Source: Actinomycetota bacterium
GTDB taxonomy: Bacteria > Actinomycetota > Acidimicrobiia > Spongiisociales > UBA5794
Direction of reading: 5' to 3'
DNA length: 64,000 bases
Assembly: GCA_039715165.1 (NCBI GenBank)
Contig: JBDLHX010000001.1
Span: 298 to 64,297 of the forward strand
Made by a program: the position numbers and the translations under genes
Notes under the pieces: generated by a model
The model's database searches: none
What the model was told of the DNA's origin: nothing
The model's input: the letters and a program-made list of their open reading frames with translations, nothing else
Shown here: positions 45,988 through 56,123 of the stretch, piece after piece
How the letters are laid out: each line of letters opens with the position of its first letter
How positions within the stretch are numbered: position 1 is the stretch's first letter

Positions 45988-46717
45988 GCGCCTCTTCGAT
46001 GAGGGGAATCGCCGCTTCTGCATACATCGCGTGGCCTTCAGCCGATGCGTGGAAGAGGTCCGGCGCCCAGACGGAGAGGTCGGTCTCGAAGCGTTCGAAG
46101 ACAGGTCCCCACGCCTGAGACTTCGGCAAGCCGTAGCGGCTCGCGATCCGGCCGATCGCGTGGTCCACGGAGCGGGCACGGACGCGGGCCACGCCCCGAG
46201 CGAGAGCGGGGAGACGTGGGATCGTCCCGAGATCGCCGACGCCGCAGACGACGACGGACGGGAACGCGGCGACGAGCATCGCGGCCGCCTCGTCGTAGGC
46301 GGCCTCGAAACTGCTGATCGGCGTCATTCGGAGGGCATCGTTCCCCCCAACACACACGAGAGCGATGTCGCCACCCGCGAGAATCGCGCGGTGCACCTGC
46401 TCCCTTCGCACATCCTCGATCTTCGAGCCCCCAACGGCGACGGAGACCAGATCGACGTGGTAGCGATCACTGAATGCTCGTGCGGTTCGGCGGACCCACG
46501 CGGCGTTGAGCGGCTCGACCCCAGGGGCGGTGATGGTGCTGTCGCCGAGTACGACCAGGCGGAGCCGGGGGAGAGAGGGATCGCCGAAGGTGCCGGAGGG
46601 ATCTTGATCCGCGAGCGAGTCGAGATCGGGGCGATGAACCGCCTGCGCGATCTGCGAGGCGAACACGCCGCCAACCGCCAGCGGCCGCCTGGCCACTCTC
46701 CAGAGTCTCAACGACAT
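45938..46717 (-). CDS. SGNH/GDSL hydrolase family protein
   Basis: Block I VVLGDSTI (GDS), block III GGND, block V DxxH-like region (DLFHASAEGH). 3' end overlaps udk by ~50 nt convergently. Confidence 0.75.
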   Translation of the reverse strand: MSLRLWRVARRPLAVGGVFASQIAQAVHRPDLDSLADQDPSGTFGDPSLPRLRLVVLGDSTITAPGVEPLNAAWVRRTARAFSDRYHVDLVSVAVGGSKIEDVRREQVHRAILAGGDIALVCVGGNDALRMTPISSFEAAYDEAAAMLVAAFPSVVVCGVGDLGTIPRLPALARGVARVRARSVDHAIGRIASRYGLPKSQAWGPVFERFETDLSVWAPDLFHASAEGHAMYAEAAIPLIEEALSRGRFAPRGSDESST

Positions 46718-46979
46718 CCACAGACAGTACCCCCGAATCGCGTACCCAGGGTTGCAGTCCCCGTATGCGGCGCCACCAGCCCGCGGAATGAGGGCGTTGG
46801 TCGATCATCTCCGAACTCTGGGCCGGCGAGACACTTATAGGCCGCTGTGAGCCCTGGGTTCGCAGAGCACACGCCCGGCGAGGGAAGTGCCCCTCGCCGG
46901 CCAAGTTCTTCCGTGTCGCGACTTCGTCTGGTGCCCCTTCACAGCGGTGTCGTTCACTGCGAGGATGGTCGTAGGGTGA

Positions 46980-47474
46980 TTGGAGGTTCGGATGGAAGAA
47001 CGGCGGTCCTTGGTTGACCGCATCCTCGGTTACGGCGGACTCGTGTTGGCGATCATCGCGGTCGCCTTCACGATTTCTGCGCTGCAAACGGCTTCGAGGG
47101 GGTCATCTGCCGACTGGCAGGAGGCTGCCGCCGGGCTGTTGGGAATGGTTGCGCTGGCGTGGATGGTCACGATCACGGTGCGCCACCTCCATGTCTATGA
47201 CAGGGGCGGTGGCCGCGAACTGTTGGTGGCGGGGTGGGTATCCCTTCCCGTGATCGCCGGCTTGGTCTTGCTCCTCGGTGGCTTCAGCTCGGGCGACAGC
47301 CGTTTTGGCGAGTGGCTCGTAGATCTGTTGCGATCTCCTCAGGCATACGTGATGCTGCTCGGGGTGCCGTTGATGCTGGGCTCTGTGGCGATCCTCATAG
47401 ACGGCACCGGCAGAGGTGCCCGGGAAGCCGGGAAGGTCTCCGGGACGTATGGGTGGTATGAACCCACGCCGTGA
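46980..47474 (+). CDS. hypothetical small multi-pass membrane protein
   Basis: Four predicted hydrophobic helices; no family assignment. A second ATG at 46992 has a better-spaced GGAGGT. Confidence 0.4.
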   Translation: MEVRMEERRSLVDRILGYGGLVLAIIAVAFTISALQTASRGSSADWQEAAAGLLGMVALAWMVTITVRHLHVYDRGGGRELLVAGWVSLPVIAGLVLLLGGFSSGDSRFGEWLVDLLRSPQAYVMLLGVPLMLGSVAILIDGTGRGAREAGKVSGTYGWYEPTP

Positions 47475-47564
47475 AGGACGTGGCCCAGGCACCCCCAGGC
47501 GGGATGGGAGGAAGGGACGTGCACCTCAACGGTCGTGAGGGGTGCGCGGGCGGCCGGGCTGCGG

Positions 47565-48656
47565 CTACACGTTGAAGCGGAAGAAGATGATGTCGCCTTC
47601 CTGGACGACGTAGTCGCGCCCTTCGAGGCGCCATTTCCCGACCTCTCGGGCTCCGTGCTCGCCACCGTGCTCGACGAAGTCCCAGCAGGACACGACTTCG
47701 GCTCGTATGAAGCCCTTCTCGAAGTCGGTGTGGATCTGTCCGGCAGCCTGCGGGGCGGTGGCGCCTCGCTTGACGGTCCACGCCCTCGCTTCTTTGTCTC
47801 CCGCCGTGTAGAAAGTCTGGAGCCCGAGGAGGTGATATGCGGCGCGGATGACCTTGTTGAGGCCAGGCTCGGTGAGGCCGTACTCGGCGAGCATCTCGTC
47901 GCGGTCCTCGTCATCGAGAAGGGCGAGCTCGGCCTCGAGATTGCCGGAGATCACCACCACGTCCGCGCCCTCGTGAGCCGCGTACTCGCGCACGGCGTCG
48001 ACGTACGGATTGTCACCGAGGCCGTCCTCCGACACGTTCGCGATGTACATCGCGGGCTTCGCTGTGAGGAGGAACAGATCTCGCACGACCGGTCGCTCAG
48101 CCTCGGAAACCTCCATCGACCGCGCCGGTCGGCCCTCCGAGAGGTGCTCCTGGAGGCGCTCGTAGATCTCGAGCTTCTCTGAGGCTTCTTTCTCCCCGGC
48201 CTTTGCCTTCTTCTCGGTCTTCTCAATCGCTCGGGCTATTCCCTCGAGATCGGCGAGAGCGAGCTCCGTGTCGATGGTCTCGAGATCCGAGATGGGATCG
48301 ACATCACCGGCGACGTGGACAACGTTGGCGTCGTCGAAGCAGCGAACGACCTGAGCGATAGCGTCCGTTTCGCGGATGTGGTGGAGGAACTTGTTGCCGA
48401 GCCCCTCACCCTGTGAGGCGCCGGCGACGAGGCCTGCAATATCTACGAACTCCATGACCGTTGGGACGATCTCCTCCGGCTTTGCGATGGCCGCGATCTT
48501 CGGAAGCCGCTCGTCCGGGACGAAGGCGATGCCGACGTTTGGATCGATGGTGCAGAACGGGTAGTTCTCTGCCTGGATCTCAGCCCGGGTGAGCGCGTTG
48601 AACAGCGTCGACTTACCGACGTTGGGGAGACCGACGATGCCGCAGCGGATGCCCAC
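47565..48656 (-). CDS. ychF: redox-regulated ribosome-binding ATPase YchF (Obg-family GTPase)
   Basis: [19 protein letters not shown]1 motif, ...DIAGLV G3, C-terminal TGS domain ([10 protein letters not shown]). Confidence 0.95.
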   Translation of the reverse strand: MGIRCGIVGLPNVGKSTLFNALTRAEIQAENYPFCTIDPNVGIAFVPDERLPKIAAIAKPEEIVPTVMEFVDIAGLVAGASQGEGLGNKFLHHIRETDAIAQVVRCFDDANVVHVAGDVDPISDLETIDTELALADLEGIARAIEKTEKKAKAGEKEASEKLEIYERLQEHLSEGRPARSMEVSEAERPVVRDLFLLTAKPAMYIANVSEDGLGDNPYVDAVREYAAHEGADVVVISGNLEAELALLDDEDRDEMLAEYGLTEPGLNKVIRAAYHLLGLQTFYTAGDKEARAWTVKRGATAPQAAGQIHTDFEKGFIRAEVVSCWDFVEHGGEHGAREVGKWRLEGRDYVVQEGDIIFFRFNV

Positions 48657-48706
48657 GGGGACCTTTCGGGAGGAGCGTCGCGAGGTTAGGGGCGTCTTTG
48701 CCCTCT

Positions 48707-49693
48707 ATGGTCAGCGTTGTGAAATCCGACGCCCTCACCGTGCTCATCGAGTCGAGCGATCTCGACGGCCTCGTCAAGTACATCGACGGCCTCGTCTCGG
48801 CGCGGAGTTGGGGCGGCATCGAAGATGCGAGGGATCGCTGCCGTGAGGCCGTTGAGCGCGGCAAGCAGGTGTGGGGCCCCGCCGAGTACGCGGAGTATCG
48901 GCTCGCGCTCGATGCGCCGGCCGATCGGGCGGCAGCTGTCGTCGGTGACGGAAAGGGACGTTACGGACCCGGACCGCTGTGGGAGGTAGCCGCGTCGGGA
49001 CACTCGTGGCCGGACCTGGAGCCATTCGTATCGACGCCGACGGTCCGTGCTCTCATTGCACATGAACGAGCGATCCGCGGCGATGTGGTTGATCCCACCT
49101 CCATCGACGAGCACATCCTCGAGATCTCGCCCCAGCAGCAGCCGTGGGAGCCGCGTTACCCGGTCGCGGTGTACCGGGAGGACGGGGCAGATTTCCCGGA
49201 AGGTGAGCGCACACCACTTGTGTGGGCCGATCTCCCCGACCAAGCCGAGCGGCTCAACGACGACGGGCCGGGCGAGGCACTGCTCGCGCTCGTACGCCCG
49301 TGGTGGGATGAGTCGAGCGGGCACGCAGACGCCGTTTACGTGGAGGGCGGCGTGCACGAGGCTATCCGCGCCATCGGTCCGCACCGTGCCCGCGTCGCCG
49401 ACGTGACACTGCAGGAGGCCCTCTCGGCAATGGTGTGGACGGGTGCAAGCGGGGGCGCCTACGGAAGCCGCCGAGGCACCCCGGTGGGCCGCAGCCTCGC
49501 ATGGTGGGTCCTGGCTGAACTTCTCGGTCACGAGGAGTTGCCCGAGGATCCCGGGGTCCTCGTGGAGGCGATGGAGCTCAGGTGGGTTCTCTGGGATCCG
49601 GGGGACTCGGTTGGGGGCTGGGCGCTGCATCTGGCGGTCGAAGACCCCGTCGACGGCGTGGCATGGGCTGTCAGCGCGGTTGACATGGCCTGA
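48707..49693 (+). CDS. hypothetical protein
   Basis: 329-aa ORF with GC3-biased codon usage and an ATG at 48707; no recognisable family from sequence alone. Confidence 0.45.
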   Translation: MVSVVKSDALTVLIESSDLDGLVKYIDGLVSARSWGGIEDARDRCREAVERGKQVWGPAEYAEYRLALDAPADRAAAVVGDGKGRYGPGPLWEVAASGHSWPDLEPFVSTPTVRALIAHERAIRGDVVDPTSIDEHILEISPQQQPWEPRYPVAVYREDGADFPEGERTPLVWADLPDQAERLNDDGPGEALLALVRPWWDESSGHADAVYVEGGVHEAIRAIGPHRARVADVTLQEALSAMVWTGASGGAYGSRRGTPVGRSLAWWVLAELLGHEELPEDPGVLVEAMELRWVLWDPGDSVGGWALHLAVEDPVDGVAWAVSAVDMA

Positions 49694-49744
49694 AGGGGCG
49701 AAGTCACCGCGGCCGTTCGCAGAACCTGAAATCTGGCCTACCGT

Positions 49745-51442
49745 ATGGATATGACGGACGATCGCTTGCGGGGGGACGGTTCGGATCGGTCCCCGCTCGT
49801 CGCGGCGGCGCTTTCGGCGCTCTTCCCGGGGGCGGGCCAGTGGTACGCGGGTCGCAGACTTCGCGGCGCCGCCTTCGCTACCCCGGCGATCGTCCTCTTC
49901 CTCTACGCGATCGTGGGGCTTGTCACGGGAACCATTGGGTTCCGCTCGATCGCGACCTGGGCCGTGCAACCCGACGTGCTCCGAGCCTGGCTCTTCGTTG
50001 GATTCGCTGTGACGATTTGGCGGATCGCCGCCGTCGCCGATGCGTACGCCGTCGTTCGCGGCAGGCGTCTCGCTGCCCGGTTCGTCCTACCGGTGCTTGG
50101 AATCCTCTTCGTGCTCGTCGTCCTGCCCCAGGCGGTTGCGAGCGCCTACACGGTGCGGGCCATCTCGCTGCTCGAAGAAGTGTTCGTGATCGACGAGATC
50201 GATGAAGCACCCGAACCCGCGCCGACGGTCGCCGTGACGTTCCCTCCACAGCATGAAGACTTCGTGCCCGATCCTCGAACGATGTGGGACGACCCAGTCG
50301 CTTGGGAATTTGAACGATCCACGCGCAACCTCCTGTTCAGGGAGGGCTTCGGGGACCCGGATGCGGTCGCCGAATGGGTCGACATCATCGCCCCGCCGAC
50401 TCCGGACGCGCCGTTCCTACCGTTCGAAGAGCGCGTGGATGCGGATCGAATCACGATCCTCCTCGTCGGAGCGGATGAGGGGCCGGGTCGCGAGGGTCTC
50501 CGTACCGATTCGATGATCGTCGCCACCATCGACGTCGAGACGGGGGACGCGGCGCTCTTCGGGCTGCCGAGGAATCTCAAGCGCATCCCCCTGCCGAGCC
50601 ATCTCCGCAGAGCATTCATCTCTCTCGAGGAGCGAGTCTTCGAGAGGGAGCAGGAGATGATCTCGGTCGACGAGGACGAGGACGGCTATCCCGACCACTG
50701 GGTCGACGTGAATGGGGACCTGATCCCGGACCCGCCCCTGTTCGAGCCGTGCGGGTGCTTCCCCGAGATGCTCAACAAGGTCCACCAGTACACGGAGACC
50801 TGGGACCAGAGCTACCCCAACACGCCCGCCCCCGGGCTTGCAGCGCTGAGCGAGGTGATCTCCCACCTTCTCGATCTGCCGATCGACTACTACTTCATGG
50901 TCAACATGGCCGGCTTCGTCGACGTGATCGACACGATCGGGGGCGTCGACGTGATGGTGAAAGAGCCGTTCCACGTAGCCGTCTCCGCGCCCTCGGACGA
51001 TTCGCCGAAGGCACGCGTCGACGTGGAGCCGGGGATGAACCACCTCGACGGTCTCGAGGCGCTCGCATACTCGCGTTGGCGGATTGGGTCATCGGACTAC
51101 TCGAGGATGCAGCGCCAACGCTGCCTCATCCGGGCTGCCGTGGACCAGGTCGACCCGTTCACGCTCGTCCGCTCGTTCCACACCCTCGCCGACGTTGTCG
51201 AGCGGTCAGTGGTGACGGATATTCCGCTGAGCCTCCTCCCGGACTTCGTCGATATCGTCGCTCGCATCGACCTCGACCGCATCACGACGGTTGGACTCGT
51301 CCCGCCCCGGTACAGCGCGGGACGCGCTCCGGGCGGCTACCCCATTCCGTACGTCGGCCGGATCCAGTCGAAGGTGGCCGAGGTTCTCGAAGGCGTGGCA
51401 GAGGAACAGGCCGGCAACGGTGAGAACGAATGCGGGATGTGA
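49745..51442 (+). CDS. LCP (LytR-CpsA-Psr) family cell-wall glycopolymer transferase
   Basis: N-terminal TM helices, extracytoplasmic LCP domain (ITILLVGADEGPGREGLRTDSMIVATID...FMVNMAGFVDVIDTIGGVDV...LAYSRWR). Confidence 0.85.
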   Translation: MDMTDDRLRGDGSDRSPLVAAALSALFPGAGQWYAGRRLRGAAFATPAIVLFLYAIVGLVTGTIGFRSIATWAVQPDVLRAWLFVGFAVTIWRIAAVADAYAVVRGRRLAARFVLPVLGILFVLVVLPQAVASAYTVRAISLLEEVFVIDEIDEAPEPAPTVAVTFPPQHEDFVPDPRTMWDDPVAWEFERSTRNLLFREGFGDPDAVAEWVDIIAPPTPDAPFLPFEERVDADRITILLVGADEGPGREGLRTDSMIVATIDVETGDAALFGLPRNLKRIPLPSHLRRAFISLEERVFEREQEMISVDEDEDGYPDHWVDVNGDLIPDPPLFEPCGCFPEMLNKVHQYTETWDQSYPNTPAPGLAALSEVISHLLDLPIDYYFMVNMAGFVDVIDTIGGVDVMVKEPFHVAVSAPSDDSPKARVDVEPGMNHLDGLEALAYSRWRIGSSDYSRMQRQRCLIRAAVDQVDPFTLVRSFHTLADVVERSVVTDIPLSLLPDFVDIVARIDLDRITTVGLVPPRYSAGRAPGGYPIPYVGRIQSKVAEVLEGVAEEQAGNGENECGM

Positions 51443-51495
51443 CGCGATCGAGATGATTGCGTAAATCCGACGATTGCCCGGCGAACCATGCAGCG

Positions 51496-51873
51496 TCAGG
51501 CGAGGTTGGCCCGGGCGGCCTCAGGGTCGTCGACGGTGATGGCGAAGTGGAGGCCCTCTGCGTTGGAGTGGAGCAGATAGAGGGAGTCGATGTTCACTCC
51601 CGCGTCCGCGAGGCGCTGGGCGACGTCGGCGAGGGCGCCGGGCTCGTCCGGCAGGAACGTGTCGAGGACGGGGCGCTCCTCGAAGCTGAGGCCCGCCTCA
51701 CGAAGCACCCTTCGGGCCACGTCTGCGTCATCCGGCATGAAACGAACGAGACCCTCGCCGTCTGCGCCGATCGCAGCGAGGGATTCGATGTGGACTCCGG
51801 CGGTCGAGAGGCGTCGAGCGAGAGTTGCGAGCTGGCCCGGTCGGTTCGCGAGGGTGACGGAGAACTCCTTCAT
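51496..51873 (-). CDS. tandem ACT-domain protein
   Basis: Two ~60-aa ACT-like halves (FSVTLANRPGQLATLARRLSTAGVHIESL...; LPDEPGALADVAQRLADAGVNIDSL...). Confidence 0.7.
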   Translation of the reverse strand: MKEFSVTLANRPGQLATLARRLSTAGVHIESLAAIGADGEGLVRFMPDDADVARRVLREAGLSFEERPVLDTFLPDEPGALADVAQRLADAGVNIDSLYLLHSNAEGLHFAITVDDPEAARANLA

Positions 51874-52082
51874 GGCCCCATCCTACGCCAATCGGGTTGG
51901 GCTTGACACGCGAGAACGGTGTCCGGTTCGCGAGGGCTGCGCACGATGCGCACGATCACGGGGAACAAGAGCGTCGCGACCATCGCGACGACCACGGCGA
52001 TGACGATCGCTGCGCGCACGAGGCGGCGGCGACGGATCTGCTCGAGCTCCTCTGGGGTGAGGTCGTCGTCCATGTCCCCCAT
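51870..52082 (-). CDS. candidate small membrane protein (70 aa), divergent from dnaE2 at the LexA box
   Basis: ATG at 52082 lies 30 nt from the LexA box. Acidic N-terminus, RRRR stop-transfer, one hydrophobic helix (AAIVIAVVVAMVATLLFPVIV). Overlaps the ACT gene start by ATGA. Confidence 0.3.
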   Translation of the reverse strand: MGDMDDDLTPEELEQIRRRRLVRAAIVIAVVVAMVATLLFPVIVRIVRSPREPDTVLACQAQPDWRRMGP

Positions 52083-52111
52083 TCTGGTGCGGTCGGGGAG
52101 CCAGAGGAACG

Positions 52112-52127
52112 TCGAACATGTGTTCGA
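52112..52127. promoter_or_regulatory. LexA box (SOS box) TCGAACATGTGTTCGA followed by TAGTGT -10-like hexamer
   Basis: Perfect TCGAAC-N4-GTTCGA. TAGTGT at 52129-52134 puts the predicted transcription start at or next to the dnaE2 GTG (52141), so dnaE2 may be leaderless. Confidence 0.8.
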
Positions 52128-52140
52128 TTAGTGTGGTGTC

Positions 52141-55100
52141 GTGGCACGGTACGCGGAGCTCCACGCTCACACGAACTACAGCTTCCTCAACGGAGCGTCG
52201 TCTCCGTACGATCTCGTCTCCCGTGCCTCGGAGCTCGGCTACACGGCGCTTGCCGTCACCGACCACGACGGCTTCCGGGGTGCGGTGAAGGTCCATGTCG
52301 CGGCCGGGGAGGTCGGACTCCCGATCGTGTACGGCACGGAGATCGGGATGCCGAGGGACGGGGTTTCCTCCCCCTCAGGGGGAGGTGGCATTGGCGAAGC
52401 CGCTGACGGAGGGGGTCGAGCAGTTCCGCTCGAAGCCAGTGAGGTCCAAGCCGACACAGGGGAGCACCGGTCCTCCGGTCGTCAGGAGCAGCGTCTGACC
52501 CCCTCCGCCTCGCTGCGCTCGACACCTCCCCCTGAGGGGGAGGAGAAGCGCCCGCGCAGAGGTCGCGTCAAGCGGATGCATGGCACGAAGCCCGTCGATC
52601 TTCCTCCCACCGACCATCTCGTGCTCCTCGCCCCCGACCCGACCGGGTACGGAGCGATCAGCAGGTTCGTGACGCGAGGCCAGTATCGGGGGGAGAAGGA
52701 CCGTCCGGTCTACGGCTACGACGACCTTGCCGTCGCGTCTCGGGACGGGCGCCTCGTCGCTCTCACCGGATGTCGGAACGGTGCCGTCCCTCGGGCCGCG
52801 CAGGCCGGAGACTTCGCGGGAGCGATGGCGGCCGCTGCACGGCTCGAGGAGATCTTCCCGGGACGCCTCTTCATCGAGCTCACCCACCACGGCATGCCGG
52901 ACGACGACGCCCGCAACGACCTCCTTGCCGAAGTGTCCCGTCGTCTCCGGATCCCATACGTCGCGACGAACAACGTCCATTACGCTCGACGAAATGACGC
53001 CGACCTCGCCGAGGTCCTTGCAGCGATCGCCGGACGGCGGGACCTCGACACCGCCGACGGCTTCCGCCCAGCGACCGACCTCCGCCATCTCCGCGCGCCC
53101 GAGGAGATGGCGGCTCGCTTCTCCCGATACCCGGGGGCCGTCGAGCGGGCGGCGGACCTCGGTGAGGACCTCGCGTTCGACCTCGATCTCCTCGCTCCAG
53201 AGCTCCCCGACTTCTCGATGCCGGGAGCGTTCACAAGCGAGGACGAGTACCTGAGGCACCTCGTCGAAGACGGCGCCCGTGACGTGTACCCGGGGTCCGA
53301 CGGAGGAATCGACTCCCCAGCGCGCCGCAGGATCGATCACGAGCTCGCGGTGATCTCGGAACTCGGCTTCTCCGGGTTCTTCCTCGTCGCGTGGGACATC
53401 GTCACGTTCGCCCGGTCACAGGACATCTACTGCCAGATACGCGGGTCCGGTGCCGACTCTGCGGTGTGCCGGTGCCTCGGGTTGACGCGCGTCGACCCGA
53501 TCCGGCTCAACCTCCCCTTCGAGCGGTTCTTGTCGGAGGAGCGCGGTCGGCCTCCCGACATCGACGTCGATTTCGAAGCCGAGCGTCGCGAAGAGGTCAT
53601 CCAGTACTGCTACCGGCGCTACGGAAGGGAGCGGGCGGCGATGGTCGCGAACGTCATCACTTACCGGGCGCGTTCGGTGCTCCAGGACGTCGGGAAGGCG
53701 TTCGGGCTCACCCAGGCGCAGGTGAACGGCCTCACCCGGTACCTCGACACTCGGGACCCTTCGGTGATCGGAGACGCGGTCGATCTCCCCGACGGGCTCA
53801 CGAGCGACCTCATCGTCGACGTGTGTCACCGCCTCGACGGCTTTCCGCGCCATCTCGGGATTCACTCGGGAGGGATGGTCGTTGCCCGCCGGCCACTGTG
53901 GGAATCGGTCCCGATGGAGTGGGGGAGGATGGAAGACCGCTCGGTCCTCCAGTGGGACAAGGACGACTGCGCGACGATGGGGATCGTCAAGTTCGACCTG
54001 CTCGCCCTCGGCGCGCTCAACGCCATGCACCTCAGCGTGGACCTCATCGCGGACACACACGGCGTCGACGTCGACCTCGCCACGATCCCTCAGGAGCCGA
54101 TCGTCTACGACATGCTCACGAGGGCGGACACGGTCGGCATCTTCCAGGTCGAGTCGAGAGCGCAGATGGCGACGCTGCCGAAGATGAAGCCCCGAAGCTT
54201 CTACGACTTGGCGATCGAAGTCGCACTCATCCGTCCCGGCCCGATCCAAGGGCAGTCGGTCCATCCGTTTCTCCGCAGGCGCAACGGTGACGAGGCGGTC
54301 CGATACCCGCACCCATCCGCCGAGCCGATCCTCGCCAAGACGCTCGGTGTCCCCATCTTCCAAGAGCAGCTCATGGAGCTCGCGAGAGTCTGCGCCGGCT
54401 TCACTCCCGGCCAGTCGGATCGTCTCCGCCAGGCGATGACGCACAAACGCGCCCCGGAGGCGATGGCACGCCTGCGCGACGAGGTGTTCGACGGCATGGC
54501 TGCCAACGGCATCACCGGAGCGTCCGCAGACGAGATCTGGGAGAAGCTCCAGGGATTCGCGTCGTTCGGATTCCCCGAGAGCCACTCGGTCTCACACGCG
54601 TACATCGTCTACGCGACCGCCTGGTTGAAGTACCACTGGCCGACGGAGTTCTTCGCCGGGCTGCTCAACGCCCAGCCGATGGGTTTCTACACGCCGAACT
54701 CGCTCGTCCAGGACGCGCAGCATCACGGGGTCGTCGTGTTGGCCCCCGACGTGAACGCTTCTCGGTTCGACTGCACGATCGAGCCGTTCGATGCCGATCC
54801 GGGCGACACTGTGACGTACCTCGACGGAGCGTGGCGCAGGGGGAGAGGCCCGATCGACGACCCGCTCCGTCCCGCCGTCGCGTTGCGACTGGGCCTGCGA
54901 TACGTGCGGAACCTGGGCGAAGCCGAGATCGTGCGAATCGAGGCAGCGCGAATGGTCGGCGGTCGATTCCCGACACCCGAGGATCTCGGGCAGCGAACTG
55001 GTCTCCCCCTCGACGCGTACGAAGGCCTTGCGGCTTCGGGGGCATTCGCGTCGATCGGGCTCGACAGGCGCGAAGGGATGTGGACCGCCGGGGCGCTCGC

Positions 55101-55572
55101 CGAACTCGGGCCGGAGCGCCTCACGCTTGCGCCGGGGAACGGCCTCCCGGCGCTGCCCGCCATGACCGAAGTCGAGGGAGTGCAAGCCGACCTGTGGTCG
55201 ACCGGCATCTCGACGACTCACCCCGTCTCACTTGTTCGAGATGTGCTCACCGGGCGGGGCTGTGCCTCGATCGAGTCGGTCCTCGAGGGTCGCCGCCACG
55301 GCACCCGAGCGAGGGTCGGAGGAATTGTCACGCACCGCCAGCGACCGTCGACGGCTCGCGGCGTCAGATTCCTCAACCTCGAGGACGAGACGGGCATCCT
55401 CAACGTGGTCATCCTGCCGCAGGTGTGGGATGCCCATTACGAGATTGCAAGGAAGGCGATCGGTGTCATCATCGATGGCGTCGTGGAACACGTCGATGGG
55501 GTCACGAATTTCGTCGCTCACCGGTTCGCCCGATGGTCTGTCGACGGAATCAAGTCCCGTGACTTCCAATGA
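52141..55572 (+). CDS. dnaE2: error-prone DNA polymerase III alpha-like subunit DnaE2 (ImuC)
   Basis: 1143 aa. PHP domain N-terminus (MARYAELHAHTNYSFLNGAS), polymerase palm/fingers, OB fold. Lacks tau/beta-binding C-terminal extension length of DnaE1. LexA-box controlled and co-resident with imuA'-imuB. Confidence 0.9.
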   Translation: MARYAELHAHTNYSFLNGASSPYDLVSRASELGYTALAVTDHDGFRGAVKVHVAAGEVGLPIVYGTEIGMPRDGVSSPSGGGGIGEAADGGGRAVPLEASEVQADTGEHRSSGRQEQRLTPSASLRSTPPPEGEEKRPRRGRVKRMHGTKPVDLPPTDHLVLLAPDPTGYGAISRFVTRGQYRGEKDRPVYGYDDLAVASRDGRLVALTGCRNGAVPRAAQAGDFAGAMAAAARLEEIFPGRLFIELTHHGMPDDDARNDLLAEVSRRLRIPYVATNNVHYARRNDADLAEVLAAIAGRRDLDTADGFRPATDLRHLRAPEEMAARFSRYPGAVERAADLGEDLAFDLDLLAPELPDFSMPGAFTSEDEYLRHLVEDGARDVYPGSDGGIDSPARRRIDHELAVISELGFSGFFLVAWDIVTFARSQDIYCQIRGSGADSAVCRCLGLTRVDPIRLNLPFERFLSEERGRPPDIDVDFEAERREEVIQYCYRRYGRERAAMVANVITYRARSVLQDVGKAFGLTQAQVNGLTRYLDTRDPSVIGDAVDLPDGLTSDLIVDVCHRLDGFPRHLGIHSGGMVVARRPLWESVPMEWGRMEDRSVLQWDKDDCATMGIVKFDLLALGALNAMHLSVDLIADTHGVDVDLATIPQEPIVYDMLTRADTVGIFQVESRAQMATLPKMKPRSFYDLAIEVALIRPGPIQGQSVHPFLRRRNGDEAVRYPHPSAEPILAKTLGVPIFQEQLMELARVCAGFTPGQSDRLRQAMTHKRAPEAMARLRDEVFDGMAANGITGASADEIWEKLQGFASFGFPESHSVSHAYIVYATAWLKYHWPTEFFAGLLNAQPMGFYTPNSLVQDAQHHGVVVLAPDVNASRFDCTIEPFDADPGDTVTYLDGAWRRGRGPIDDPLRPAVALRLGLRYVRNLGEAEIVRIEAARMVGGRFPTPEDLGQRTGLPLDAYEGLAASGAFASIGLDRREGMWTAGALAELGPERLTLAPGNGLPALPAMTEVEGVQADLWSTGISTTHPVSLVRDVLTGRGCASIESVLEGRRHGTRARVGGIVTHRQRPSTARGVRFLNLEDETGILNVVILPQVWDAHYEIARKAIGVIIDGVVEHVDGVTNFVAHRFARWSVDGIKSRDFQ

Positions 55573-55635
55573 TTTCGACTTCAAAATCGGGGGTAGCCTG
55601 CCGATGGACATTGAGGACTCTGACACGGAGGAGCG

Positions 55636-56091
55636 ATGACCAAGACGTTCTCCGGGGACGTGCTGCTTCCCGGCGACGACGGTGGAGGGCTCGCGGCCAC
55701 GCTGGCTCTCGACCCGATGACCGTGACCCTGACTGCCGGCGACAATCAGCTCGGCACGTGGGATCGCAGCGACTACCTCATCGCACCTGAGCAGAACGGG
55801 ACGTACAGCCTCACCCTCGGCGGGGAGTCGCTGCTCTTCCGCCCGGACTCACCGGCCGAATTCGCGAGCACGTCGGCGATACCTCTGGCCGCCTCCGGGA
55901 GTCGGTCAAAGCAATCCACGTCATCCATCGTGGAAGACGACGACGCCTTCGTTGCAGCCGCTGTCGCCGGCGTTCGCCCAATGAAGAGTTTGAACGACAA
56001 CGGGGGCATGTCGAAGACGTTCGTCGCCTTGATGGTCTTGGCCACGATCGTTCTGTCGGTGGGGGTCGTCCTCGCCGCGTCGATGGCGTAG
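55636..56091 (+). CDS. hypothetical protein with C-terminal TM anchor
   Basis: 151 aa; soluble N-terminal ~90-aa domain, Ser-rich linker, C-terminal hydrophobic helix (FVALMVLATIVLSVGVVLAA). Directly downstream of dnaE2; followed by GCCGCC-ttc-GGCGGC hairpin at 56094-56108. Confidence 0.4.
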   Translation: MTKTFSGDVLLPGDDGGGLAATLALDPMTVTLTAGDNQLGTWDRSDYLIAPEQNGTYSLTLGGESLLFRPDSPAEFASTSAIPLAASGSRSKQSTSSIVEDDDAFVAAAVAGVRPMKSLNDNGGMSKTFVALMVLATIVLSVGVVLAASMA

Positions 56092-56123
56092 CCGCCTTCG
56101 GCGGCGTATCAGGTATCAAGCAT

